The notes under the pieces: generated by a model
Told to the model about the DNA's origin: nothing
The model's input: only the letters and a program-made list of their open reading frames with translations
Databases searched by the model: none
Position numbers and translations under genes: made by a program
From: a bacterium
Lineage (GTDB): Bacteria > UBA9089 > UBA9088 > JAGUXG01
Direction: 5' to 3'
NCBI GenBank assembly: GCA_030018505.1
Contig: JASEHO010000001.1
Span: forward strand, 1 to 58,487
Length of the DNA stretch: 58,487 nucleotides
In this document: positions 25,856 through 34,862 of the stretch, in pieces
Layout: every line of letters begins with the position of its first letter
Numbering within the stretch: the stretch's first letter is position 1

Positions 25856-27012
25856 TACATAAAGAAATTATTTCATTTATAAACTTCATAAAGTCTAAAG
25901 ACGGAATTGCCAACAAGACAAATCTGATTAGGGAAGTTCAAGAGAAATTCAAACTGACAAAAGACAGGTCGGTTTATTATTCAAAAAATTTTGCTGTTCG
26001 TTTCAATTTTTCAACTTCAACAAGTTTTTCAAATACCGTCATTTCTCTTTCTAACTTGCAAAAATACGACGACCAACCATTTATTGTTTGTTTAGTAACT
26101 CCAACAAAAAATATTTTATATCTGGCAAACTCAACCTTTTTGCATAAAGTTAGTCATAGTTCACAATTATTGAGAATTGATAATATTCGCGGCAGTATCA
26201 ATGGCCATGATATTGCAAAAAAGTTTTCGGATATAGACAATTTACCAGAAAATTTTGAAAAATTATTTAGCATTCATGCAGAATTAGGTTTTGACGGAAA
26301 TTTAGTCAGACTTGTTGAGGCAACAACAAATATTAGTCCGTCAGGGAAAAAATTTGTCGTAACCTCTACCGCTAAAGCGACGATTCAAGAAGCACCGCGG
26401 CGAGCAATGAATTTTGTGCAGTCAAAAGAATATACGCAATTGAAAGCAGAGTTAGACGCGAAAGTAGAAAAATACAAGAATGAAATTCTAATTGCTGGAT
26501 TTATCGAAAATGTAAATATAAGAGGGAGGGTCATTGAATATCTTATTGCTGGCGAAGATGAAAAATTAAGAAAAAGTTTGGTCAATGCCCTTCATGAACG
26601 CGGTAATGTAATTCCCGGATTTAAGACAAAAAATAGTCTTGCGGATTATATTCGCACATTTGATAAATTTAATACTGCTACCGATGTTAAAACAAAAATA
26701 ATGGTATTGAGTTCAAATCCAAAGGGCTACAATATAGATAAGTTATTGGAATTTTTAGCAACTGGAAAATCGGTGTTTATGTTTTATTTTATTGGTATAG
26801 AGCCAAACAAAATTGTAAATAAAATACTGACTTCCATGTTTCAAACAGACTTACTTAAATCAACCATATTGTTGAAACATTGGTCGGGTCGTAATTCCAG
26901 AGGCGTAACGCAATTTGAGGGAGGAATTATCCATAAACTAATTTTGTCGCCAAACAATAGAATTGATAATAGCGAAGGCAATAAATTTTTAGAAACATTG
27001 ATTGATTTGTAA
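25852..27012 (+). CDS. Hypothetical protein, candidate cognate type II restriction endonuclease
   Basis: 386 aa. Its ATG overlaps the methyltransferase stop (ATGA), and I recognise no family. A possible D...DxK site occurs at FDKFNTATDVKTK. The call rests on position only. Confidence 0.35.
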   Translation: MIHKEIISFINFIKSKDGIANKTNLIREVQEKFKLTKDRSVYYSKNFAVRFNFSTSTSFSNTVISLSNLQKYDDQPFIVCLVTPTKNILYLANSTFLHKVSHSSQLLRIDNIRGSINGHDIAKKFSDIDNLPENFEKLFSIHAELGFDGNLVRLVEATTNISPSGKKFVVTSTAKATIQEAPRRAMNFVQSKEYTQLKAELDAKVEKYKNEILIAGFIENVNIRGRVIEYLIAGEDEKLRKSLVNALHERGNVIPGFKTKNSLADYIRTFDKFNTATDVKTKIMVLSSNPKGYNIDKLLEFLATGKSVFMFYFIGIEPNKIVNKILTSMFQTDLLKSTILLKHWSGRNSRGVTQFEGGIIHKLILSPNNRIDNSEGNKFLETLIDL

Positions 27013-27042
27013 GCCCGCCGCAAAAAATTTCGCCAGCTCAAG
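27011..27042. repeat. Right 32-nt inverted repeat bounding the R-M cassette
   Basis: aagcccgccgcaaaaaatttcgccagctcaag. It overlaps the stop codon of the 386-aa ORF. Confidence 0.85.
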
Positions 27043-27089
27043 AGTTCAAAATTCGCAGTCCGGATTTTCGTGGAAAAAAAGTTCGGATT

Positions 27090-27857
27090 TTAACCAAAAG
27101 GCACCGTAGTTCTTATAGAAATTCCTCTTAGCCTCAGATAATCCTTTATCTCCATAATGCTATACTCGCCATAATGAAATATAGAGGCAGCCAGGCTGGC
27201 ATCTGCACCAGCTAAGAATGCCTGATACAAATGAAGCATCTCACCTGCACCACCTGAGGCAATCACCGGGATATTTATGGCGGAGGTAGTAGCCTTTATC
27301 AGAGCAAGGTCATAGCCGTTCTTTGTCCCATCTGCATCCATAGAGGTAAGGAGTATCTCACCTGCACCTAAATCTGCACCCTTTTTTGCCCATTCTATAG
27401 CATCAATTCCTGTAAGTTTTCTTCCACCATAAGTGTAAACCTTCCAACCTTCCCCATCCCTTTTGGCATCAATAGCCAGAACAATACATTGACTGCCGAA
27501 CCTCTTGGCAGACTCCTCTATGAGGCTTGGATTCTCTACAGCAGATGTATTTATTGAGCACCTATCCGCACCATGGCGCAGGAGCTCCTCAATATCAGAG
27601 AGCGTTCTTATTCCTCCTCCGACTGTGAGTGGAATAAAGACCTCTTCTGCGCATTTTTGGACAACATCAAGGATTATTTTTCTCTTTTGGTGAGAGGCGG
27701 TAATATCTAAGAGAACAATCTCATCTGCGCCAGATGTGTCATATACCTTGGCTTGCTCTACAGGATCCCCTGCATCTTTCAGGTCAACAAAGTTTATCCC
27801 CTTGACCACCCTTCCATCCTTTACATCAAGACAAGGAATAATTCTTTTGGCTAACAT
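27090..27857 (-). CDS. hisF: Imidazole glycerol phosphate synthase cyclase subunit HisF
   Basis: [20 protein letters not shown]..., ...VIASGGAG... Confidence 0.9.
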   Translation of the reverse strand: MLAKRIIPCLDVKDGRVVKGINFVDLKDAGDPVEQAKVYDTSGADEIVLLDITASHQKRKIILDVVQKCAEEVFIPLTVGGGIRTLSDIEELLRHGADRCSINTSAVENPSLIEESAKRFGSQCIVLAIDAKRDGEGWKVYTYGGRKLTGIDAIEWAKKGADLGAGEILLTSMDADGTKNGYDLALIKATTSAINIPVIASGGAGEMLHLYQAFLAGADASLAASIFHYGEYSIMEIKDYLRLRGISIRTTVPFG

Positions 27858-27897
27858 CTTATTATACCGAGATAAATTGAGTTTATATTCTTTAATC

Positions 27898-28095
27898 GTA
27901 AGCGTTCAGGTAGGTCCGAAAAATAGATTAAATTCATTGCAAATTGCAAATTTAGCATTTATCATTTCAAATTTTCAAAGATAGCATCTTGAGTCGCTAT
28001 ATTTCTTTCCTTAAATTTGAAATGCTAAATTTGAAATGCTAAATTTGAAATGATTTATCTCCGGACACCCCTAATGTATAGGCTTAAGCGGTTAC
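27898..28095. repeat. Hairpin (MITE/REP-like) element, copy E (archetype)
   Basis: gtaagcgttcaggtagg ... cttaagcggttac termini. The arms are cattgcaaattgcaaatttagcatttatcatttcaaatt / aaatttgaaatgct x3 (14-nt tandem at 28013-28054). It abuts the stop codon of the giant ORF. Confidence 0.8.
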
Positions 28096-31000
28096 CTAAA
28101 ACTTAAACTCAATACTGACATAGCTTCCATAGCCGATGTAATCCTTGCCATCAAGCACCCTGTCTTTGAAATATTCAAGATTTGCCCCGAGTGTTCCCTT
28201 GAGATTCTTCTGGACATTATAGGTTCCTGAGAGATTGAGCTTGAGATAGTCTGTATTCAGATCTTTTCTATCCTTTTGTCCAGGTATCTTCTTTGTTGTT
28301 CTCTTGAAGCTCATATTCAGCCCGCCATTTAAGACCAGCTTTCTTTCTAAGTCAATCTTCTTATTGGTGAATGGAACCCGCAAGAACCCTGGCTTTGTAA
28401 AGTCATAGGCAAAAGAAGAGCTGGGATCAATTGAGATGGAGTTTGTGACCACACCAAGCCTCTCTTCCAGCTTTGTGTAAGTAGTGCTAAGAATAGCCTT
28501 AGTCGTAAGTGGTCTCTGCCAGGTTGCCGACCATTCAAAATATGGGCTATGGGTGGTAGTTTTGTTCTGTTCCTCTGAAAGTGTATAGTTATGACTCCAG
28601 TCTATCTTATAATTTGCCTTTGCCTCAGAGGCCTTAAATTTATTAGTCAGGCATGGCTTTGCCGAGAGCAGATTAAGGGTATTGTTTATCTCCTGGCAGA
28701 TAGAGTCTGCTCTACTCAGGCTATTAGTCTCCTTCAGGGTGTAGGTGAACTTTGAGTTTGTGGTCATTGGTTTATAGAGAAACCAGTCAGAATTTATCCA
28801 AAACTTTCTTTCATTACTGGAGCTTGTCCTCTTTGCCAGCTTATATAAATCACCCTCTCCTCCCCTTCTTTTCCAGAGAAGCCCCTGATAGTAATCCTCG
28901 TAGATATTAGCCAAAGTTACCAGGGTTGCCTCATCAAAAGGAAGGTTGTCATATCCAGCATTAGCACCAAGAGAGAAACCGCAAGATGGGGTAAGACCAT
29001 AATTCTTCCAAGAGAGTTTAGAAAAGTTTTCTATTAAACTAAAGTATGTATCCATGTTTGCTGTCTTCTTCTCAGGCTCCCGGTTTGTCTTAAAGCAGTA
29101 GTTCTCGTTGAAATTAAACCTCTGGTCTATGTTTATGGAGTTGATGGAATTCAAGTATTTTACCTTTTTGAAGCGTGTCTTGTTTGGATAGAAAAAGCCC
29201 TTATTTAATTCAAGTTTAAGATTTCTATTGGTCAGCCTGAGGCTTGCATCTTCCTTCAACTTTGCTTCCTGTTGCGCCCCATAGAGCCTGCTCTCTGCTG
29301 AAAGCCACTCTCCTTTAACAATATTATAGGTTAAATTGTTTGCCTGATTACAGGAGCCTGTCCTCCAGGTATTCTTGGCTAAGTTAGATTTGCTCTCATT
29401 TTTTATATCTGTTATCTCATACTTATTGGTCAGGGATTTTATTGGAGAAAGGGTTATAATCAGCCCATTGCTTATCCCCTCAGTCTTTAGCCCTTCATTT
29501 GTTGTTGTTCCCAGGCAGTCTTTATAGACGACATCTTCATTACTCAAATTTAGCTTACCAGAATATTCAGAGGAGAAAGAGCTGCTTCCAAGAAACCTTT
29601 TTGAGATAGGAGATTTTGGATAGAATTTAAGGTTAAGCCCAAAAGCCCCATCAGTAGCCTCCCGCTCTTCTTGGGTAGTAGCAGAGCCTGTCCTCTCTGG
29701 ATACTTTAGTCTCCCTGTCCTTCTTCCTCCTCCAAAGGATATATTTGAACCTGCTAGATACTCTTTTGGAACAATCGTCAGAGTATTCTTTAAGCTATGG
29801 GAGGTAGCCTCTTCTTTTTTTGTCGTTGATGTGTCAAGGTAATTGCTGAATGTGCCATTCTTTTGGATGTAATCATAGTTTGTTGTTAGACCTATTGCCT
29901 TTGTTTTAGCTCCCTTCCAAAGCGTGTGTCCATAAGCCAAGCCTCCAGTTATTTCATGATTGACTAAGTCATTATTGTTTGCCTCATATTTGTAGCTGGC
30001 TTCATTCTTCTTCCAGGAGGAATAAAGGGTAGGAAAACCCTTATCTTTTATCTTATTTGGGTTAAAGCTCATCTTGACTAATTGATCTTTCTTTAGCATA
30101 TTCCCAAAGCTCTGATTACTCACCTCATCTACATTCTGAAAAGTAAGATTACCCTTCGACCTGTCATAGGTATAGGAAAGATCAGTCAAGGCTGGAATTC
30201 TGGTAATCTTTCCATCAAAATGCTCGGACTGGGTCTCTTCTCCAGAGGATGCTGGGCCAAGGGTACGAAAAGAACCAGACTTCTCGCTCCTATTCATATT
30301 GAAGCTACCCCACTTGTTGTTACCGCCAGATACAGAGAAGAAATAAGCCTCTCCATCTCTCTCTATAACCTCAGAGAGATGAAGCTCATTTATCCAGACC
30401 TCATCAGACTCCGCAGACTCTACCACGAACATAAGTTCCTTTACCATTCCTAAATTTGGACTACCCAAGATATAATATTGGTCTGTCTCTGTGCCTTTCT
30501 GCTTCTTTGCCAACATCTCCTTGAACCTTGCCAGGTCTAAAGTGATCAACTTCCATTGACTACTCAATGTTCCGCAAGTAAACTTGAAGTAGTTAGCGTT
30601 ATCCAAGCCAAATTGAAATGCCAAAGATGAGCTTCCAACAGAAGACTTTGCCCAAAATCTCAGTCTTCCATAGCTCCAATAGTTGTGAAATCTTCCTAAT
30701 TTTTTCCTGATGGAGAGTGTTGTGGCTGTGCTTGGCTCTATCTTTAGAAAAAGCAAGCCATCTTTTTCAATCTTCTCATTTTTGTGTAGATTCTTATATT
30801 CTTCTGTATCTTTTGGAAAGTCATAGTCTGCATCATCCTTGCTGTTCTTCCCCTCTAATATGGCTGTTCCTGTGCCTTTAAGAAACATAGGTTTCTCCCA
30901 GGAGGCACCGGTAATGGCTATCTGGTCTATATAAATGCTTCCGTTGTATGTAGCTCCTGCTTCTGTCTTAAACTTTAATCTTATATCCTTTATCACCTTC

Positions 31001-34000
31001 CAGAAATCTGTGCTTGTGCTTATATCAGTCAGGGGAATGCTGTAAAGCTTCCAGCCTTGAGCAGTATTTATTGTCTTTATGTAATATTTTTCATCGTTGA
31101 CCAATATTCCTGATAGATTTTGGTCTGTGTCAAGGATTCCATTGCCATTAAGGTCCTCTGTATCTAACTTACCATTGCTCTTTCCAACCTTTGTCAGAGT
31201 GCCAAAGGAAAACCCTATATCCTCCCCTGGATTGAGATAGCCATCCTTATTTATATCCTCTGTGTCTAAAATTCCATCATTATCAAAGTCTTCACTTGCT
31301 TTGCCTAAATCAATATACAGCTTGACTGTAGAAGAAGCAGGCGCATTTGCCCAAACCTGAAGATGGGAATACTCTGAAAGATCCTCTCCATCTTTTGAAA
31401 TAGACTGAACTTCTGATAGACTGCTATCTGTTCCAAGCTCAAGCTCAAAGCAGAGCATCTTCTGTTTATTTTGATCTTCATCCGAGCGATGACCCCCATC
31501 CTTATTGTATGGTCCAGCCCTCTCGGAAAATGGGGTTTGTTTGCCGCTGTCAGTATAAAATATCTTTCCCTCCCTTGATATACCTGAAAGTAGCCAACTA
31601 TCTTCATTTATTGCTATTGTTCTCTCTCCTTCTAAATCATCCATAGAGTCTATCATCCCATATCCATAGGTATTCGGATTCTGAGTTGACCTGGCCATCT
31701 CTGCTTCTACACTGAGGCTGTTTAATGGTAAAGAGCGGTCTCCTGCTCTTTCTTTCAAGAGATTGATAAGGTTCACCTTTGTATTTAGATCAAAGACCGA
31801 TAAGGATGTAGAGGGATGAGTTACTGAGGGCGCACCCTTTAGCCCAGCACCAGTCTCACCTATGAATGTAGAGCCGAGAGAGATATCTTTATGGGGCGCA
31901 TAGGTAAGCCTGCTTCCAAAGAGACTCTTTTGATAGACACCAAGGAAGGGCGCATATTCATAGTCTATGCGTATCTTGTCAGATTTGGCTATCTTTCGGT
32001 AAATGGTGAGATGACCTACCTCATAATCTAATCTATAATCTGGTTTTGATAGCCTGTTTCCATTCAGATAGACCCTTTCACTATCCGGGACAATGTTTAG
32101 CTCATTAAGGGTAAATAACATGCTCTCCCTCGGATAGTTGATATGAATAGAGTATTTTGAAGAAGGGCTTGTTTGCTTATAGCAATCAGGGTTGGATAGG
32201 GTTGGCAAGAGATTTGAAAACTGCGAGAGGATACCTGCGATAATAGTGTCTTCTATATAAAACCTGTTGGCATATTTAGCTCCAGTAGTGCCAAAGTCAA
32301 AGGGAAGGCGGTCAGGAAACTTGAGCATCCCTGAATCCTGGTCAATAAACTCCTTATCTATCTTTCCATACCCAGGTCTTTCGTTTCCATACTGGTCATA
32401 CCTGGTCTCTCTGTCAAGGCCAAAAAGCCGAACATAAGGTATCTCGTCTGTATCCTTTAAGCCATCGCCATCTGCATCATACCAGGATTTTCCATTTGCA
32501 TCCTTTATCTCTAAGGAAAAATTTGCCTCATCAGGGTTTATCTTTCCATAGCCAAGGCTATAGTAGCCCTTAATCTCAAAGAGATTATACCACTCAGGGT
32601 GGTTGGTCTCCTCTATTTTATCCTCTTTAATAATAAGATTTGTAGTCAGACTTCCCTTTCCATCAATAAAGGAGAGGCAAACAACATCATTATCCTTAAA
32701 TGAGTTTCTTATGGAGATTATGCCAGTGTTATAGTCTAATGTATAGTCATCGCCTGGATACTGAAGGTCAAACCAGCCTGTATGTGAGCCAGCATGATTA
32801 TAGGTATAGGCTGTAAACTGCTCTGCTGTATAATTGTTATCCCCTATCTGGTCGTCTATATAGACCTTGACTGAGCCAGGTTTTATTGGAAGATAGCCCT
32901 TTGCTTTGAGATATTCAATCCTGCCACCTTCTGTTGTTTCTGTGCCAAGAGGAATCTCTGCCAAAAGCTGATAGTATCTTCGGCTAATATAATTGGTGAC
33001 AGGAATATCTTTTAAGACTAAGCTTTGCGTTCCTGTCCATTCTTTGCTTCTTGACTCGCCTTTTTCTCTGCTGGCTATGGCTGTTAGACCCAATTTATTT
33101 TTCAGAAACTGGGCCTTGCCGTTTATCCCAAAACCTGACTTTTTATAGCTCACAAACCTTGTCCCGGGAATCTCTAATGCGACATCACCAAAGTTTACTT
33201 CCTGGATAACCTCCCCTTTCTCTCCTGCATACTTCACTTCAAAGGTCTTCTTTGGATCGGCAAGATCTGTGCTCTTATCAGAGTAATCTATGTTGACTGT
33301 TACCTTCTTCTTCACAACCCCTTTGATGCTTACATCAAGCTCCTGGGCTATATTCAGCTGATTAGAGGTTTTTCCCTTCTCTTTTGTGTTTAGATAGTTC
33401 TTGCCATTATAATCCATCTTGATAAACTTGCGACCCAAGACAGTAAGCTCTGACTCCTCTGGCAGTCTCCATTTTGCCCAGTCCCCAGGTGTAGTCTTTA
33501 ACTCCTGTAGATTGCTTGGTAGGTAAGCAAGGGTTTCTATCCTTTTTTCTGTCTCTTTTGTTCTTTCTGTGGCTTTTACTGTCAAGGCTTCCATAGATAT
33601 TGGTGGTCTAATTTCTGGCTCTTTAGGTGGTATTACCTCTGGTATCTTTGCAATCTCTACTTTTGGTGGTATTACCTTTGCCTTCTCTGGCTCTTTCGGT
33701 GGTTCTGCTTTTGCTTCTGGTTTTTCCTCTTTTTGATGAGCAAGCTCTAATTCTGGTTCAAGATCTTTCATCTCCTCTTTCTTTAAGGTTTCTCTTTCAA
33801 CTAAAAGTTTTTCTGCCTCTCGGACAAGCTCATTATCTACAGAAAATCTGTCTAATTCTTTTTCTATCTCCGCAGAAACTACCTTTTCCAAAGGAGGAAT
33901 CTCTACTCTTTCTGTTCTTAAGGGTGGAATCTCTGGCTGGGGTTCTTCGGCTGTTTTGGCAACCTTTTCTAAAGGAGGCTCTGGCAAGACTTCTTCCTTT

Positions 34001-34386
34001 TTCTCTTTTTCCAATTCGCTACGCAATTCCAAACTCTCCTTCTTGCTTTCTCCTTCTATCTCCTTCTTTACTTCAGAGAATGACGGGTAGGAGAAGCTCA
34101 AAGGAGGGGATGAAAGGCTATAAGATGGGACTGCTGGCAGGATGATAGTCTCTTTTTCTTCCTTTTGTTCAGAAGGAAATAGGCCGCCTCCATCGTTTCT
34201 CATAGAGAATAAAGGATTGGTCTTCTTTTGGACAGCCCTTTCTACCTGCTTTATAATCACCCTCTGCTCAGGAAGCAAGAAAAGCCCTTCATCTTTCGCC
34301 AAGCGTTTTTCTATGTCAGGAAGGAGCAAGGTTTCTGCAAAAACCAGGGTAGAGAAGAGACCAAGCAAAAAAAACTTTCTTTTCAT
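28096..34386 (-). CDS. Giant secreted outer-membrane protein (2096 aa), SprA (T9SS translocon)-like
   Basis: Signal peptide MKRKFFLLGLFSTLVFAE, a ~200-aa P/E/K-rich region, and the segment EVNFGDVALEIPGTRFVSYKKSGFGINGKAQFLKNKLGLTAIASREKGESRS, which recalls the SprA GNVSMPL...LFG.K..LQFG...T.V.S signature. It also has Dx[DN]xDG calcium-type repeats (DNDGILDTEDINKDGYLNPGED, DTEDLNGNGILDTDQN) and a beta-barrel-type C-terminus ...YVSIEFKF. The CDS is certain; the SprA call is tentative. Confidence 0.45.
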   Translation of the reverse strand: MKRKFFLLGLFSTLVFAETLLLPDIEKRLAKDEGLFLLPEQRVIIKQVERAVQKKTNPLFSMRNDGGGLFPSEQKEEKETIILPAVPSYSLSSPPLSFSYPSFSEVKKEIEGESKKESLELRSELEKEKKEEVLPEPPLEKVAKTAEEPQPEIPPLRTERVEIPPLEKVVSAEIEKELDRFSVDNELVREAEKLLVERETLKKEEMKDLEPELELAHQKEEKPEAKAEPPKEPEKAKVIPPKVEIAKIPEVIPPKEPEIRPPISMEALTVKATERTKETEKRIETLAYLPSNLQELKTTPGDWAKWRLPEESELTVLGRKFIKMDYNGKNYLNTKEKGKTSNQLNIAQELDVSIKGVVKKKVTVNIDYSDKSTDLADPKKTFEVKYAGEKGEVIQEVNFGDVALEIPGTRFVSYKKSGFGINGKAQFLKNKLGLTAIASREKGESRSKEWTGTQSLVLKDIPVTNYISRRYYQLLAEIPLGTETTEGGRIEYLKAKGYLPIKPGSVKVYIDDQIGDNNYTAEQFTAYTYNHAGSHTGWFDLQYPGDDYTLDYNTGIISIRNSFKDNDVVCLSFIDGKGSLTTNLIIKEDKIEETNHPEWYNLFEIKGYYSLGYGKINPDEANFSLEIKDANGKSWYDADGDGLKDTDEIPYVRLFGLDRETRYDQYGNERPGYGKIDKEFIDQDSGMLKFPDRLPFDFGTTGAKYANRFYIEDTIIAGILSQFSNLLPTLSNPDCYKQTSPSSKYSIHINYPRESMLFTLNELNIVPDSERVYLNGNRLSKPDYRLDYEVGHLTIYRKIAKSDKIRIDYEYAPFLGVYQKSLFGSRLTYAPHKDISLGSTFIGETGAGLKGAPSVTHPSTSLSVFDLNTKVNLINLLKERAGDRSLPLNSLSVEAEMARSTQNPNTYGYGMIDSMDDLEGERTIAINEDSWLLSGISREGKIFYTDSGKQTPFSERAGPYNKDGGHRSDEDQNKQKMLCFELELGTDSSLSEVQSISKDGEDLSEYSHLQVWANAPASSTVKLYIDLGKASEDFDNDGILDTEDINKDGYLNPGEDIGFSFGTLTKVGKSNGKLDTEDLNGNGILDTDQNLSGILVNDEKYYIKTINTAQGWKLYSIPLTDISTSTDFWKVIKDIRLKFKTEAGATYNGSIYIDQIAITGASWEKPMFLKGTGTAILEGKNSKDDADYDFPKDTEEYKNLHKNEKIEKDGLLFLKIEPSTATTLSIRKKLGRFHNYWSYGRLRFWAKSSVGSSSLAFQFGLDNANYFKFTCGTLSSQWKLITLDLARFKEMLAKKQKGTETDQYYILGSPNLGMVKELMFVVESAESDEVWINELHLSEVIERDGEAYFFSVSGGNNKWGSFNMNRSEKSGSFRTLGPASSGEETQSEHFDGKITRIPALTDLSYTYDRSKGNLTFQNVDEVSNQSFGNMLKKDQLVKMSFNPNKIKDKGFPTLYSSWKKNEASYKYEANNNDLVNHEITGGLAYGHTLWKGAKTKAIGLTTNYDYIQKNGTFSNYLDTSTTKKEEATSHSLKNTLTIVPKEYLAGSNISFGGGRRTGRLKYPERTGSATTQEEREATDGAFGLNLKFYPKSPISKRFLGSSSFSSEYSGKLNLSNEDVVYKDCLGTTTNEGLKTEGISNGLIITLSPIKSLTNKYEITDIKNESKSNLAKNTWRTGSCNQANNLTYNIVKGEWLSAESRLYGAQQEAKLKEDASLRLTNRNLKLELNKGFFYPNKTRFKKVKYLNSINSINIDQRFNFNENYCFKTNREPEKKTANMDTYFSLIENFSKLSWKNYGLTPSCGFSLGANAGYDNLPFDEATLVTLANIYEDYYQGLLWKRRGGEGDLYKLAKRTSSSNERKFWINSDWFLYKPMTTNSKFTYTLKETNSLSRADSICQEINNTLNLLSAKPCLTNKFKASEAKANYKIDWSHNYTLSEEQNKTTTHSPYFEWSATWQRPLTTKAILSTTYTKLEERLGVVTNSISIDPSSSFAYDFTKPGFLRVPFTNKKIDLERKLVLNGGLNMSFKRTTKKIPGQKDRKDLNTDYLKLNLSGTYNVQKNLKGTLGANLEYFKDRVLDGKDYIGYGSYVSIEFKF

Positions 34387-34397
34387 ATTTAAGATTC

Positions 34398-34590
34398 GTA
34401 ATTGTTCAGGTGGTGTAAGAAAAGGGGATATGGAGATTAAGGGGATATTTATTTTGGTAACTGGTTAATATGGTAACTGATGAATGGTAATTGGTAACTA
34501 TTTAACCAATTATCAATCACCCGTTATTTTACCATTTTCCATATTTCCCTTATCTCCTTATCCCCTTTTTTACGCTTCTGATGGATAACC
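34398..34590. repeat. Hairpin element, copy F (near-twin of 57760-57967)
   Basis: gtaattgttcaggtggtgtaagaaaaggggatatggagattaagggg...ggtaactggttaa...ttaaccaattatc...tttcccttatctcc...ttttttacgcttctgatggataacc. Confidence 0.85.
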
Positions 34591-34603
34591 CTAAGATTCA
34601 TCG

Positions 34604-34675
34604 CTGGGGCGGGAGGATTCGAACCTCCGAATGCAGGATCCAAATTCCTGTGACTTACCGCTTGTCGACGCCCCA
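34604..34675 (-). tRNA. tRNA-Gln (anticodon TTG)
   Basis: The reverse complement reads TGGGGCG TC GAC AAGCGGTAA GTC A CAGGA ATTTGGA TCCTG CATTC GGAGG TTCGAAT CCTCC CGCCCCA G. No encoded CCA. Confidence 0.85.
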
Positions 34676-34684
34676 TCAAAAATT

Positions 34685-34861
34685 AGCTTATGTAGCAGGT
34701 ATTAGTCAAAAGTTCCCATAAAACAAACATAAGGATTCAAGGGGTCGAATGATCAAGGATTCAAGTAAAATCATAAGGAATCCATCACTCGAACCCTCGA
34801 ATCCTTGAACCCTTTTACAAAAACATGAGAACTTTTGGTTAATAAGTGCTATAAAAGAGCT
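34685..34861. repeat. Large imperfect palindrome (hairpin element) between tRNA-Gln and the VIT/vWA gene
   Basis: agcttatgtagcaggtattagtcaaaagttcccataaaacaaacataaggattcaagg... mirrors ...ccttgaacccttttacaaaaacatgagaacttttggttaataagtgctataaaagagct. The start agcttatgta also occurs at 17746. Confidence 0.7.
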
Positions 34862-34862
34862 A

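Noticed and set aside
24531-27089. A tRNA-Ser-linked integrative island with an integrase and att direct repeats
   Set aside because: No integrase or recombinase ORF is present. I found no convincing repeat of the tRNA 3' end after 27042; gttcaaaattc versus ggttcgaatcc is too weak. Only the inverted repeats are solid.
28013-28054. A tandem aaatttgaaatgct x3 array, and similar short repeats in other elements, considered as a possible CRISPR array
   Set aside because: The units are 14 nt with no spacers, no cas genes are present, and the repeats form one arm of a palindrome. This is low-complexity hairpin-element sequence, not CRISPR.
28096-34386. Calling a complete type IX secretion system
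   Set aside because: Only the SprA-like protein is present in the window, with no PorV, PorK-N, plug or CTD cargo genes nearby. Only the single protein is reported, and tentatively.
33627-34468. Plus-strand ORFs of 172 and 108 aa
   Set aside because: They are antisense to the low-complexity P/E/K-coding part of the giant gene. They have repetitive Leu/Ser/Pro composition and no start context.
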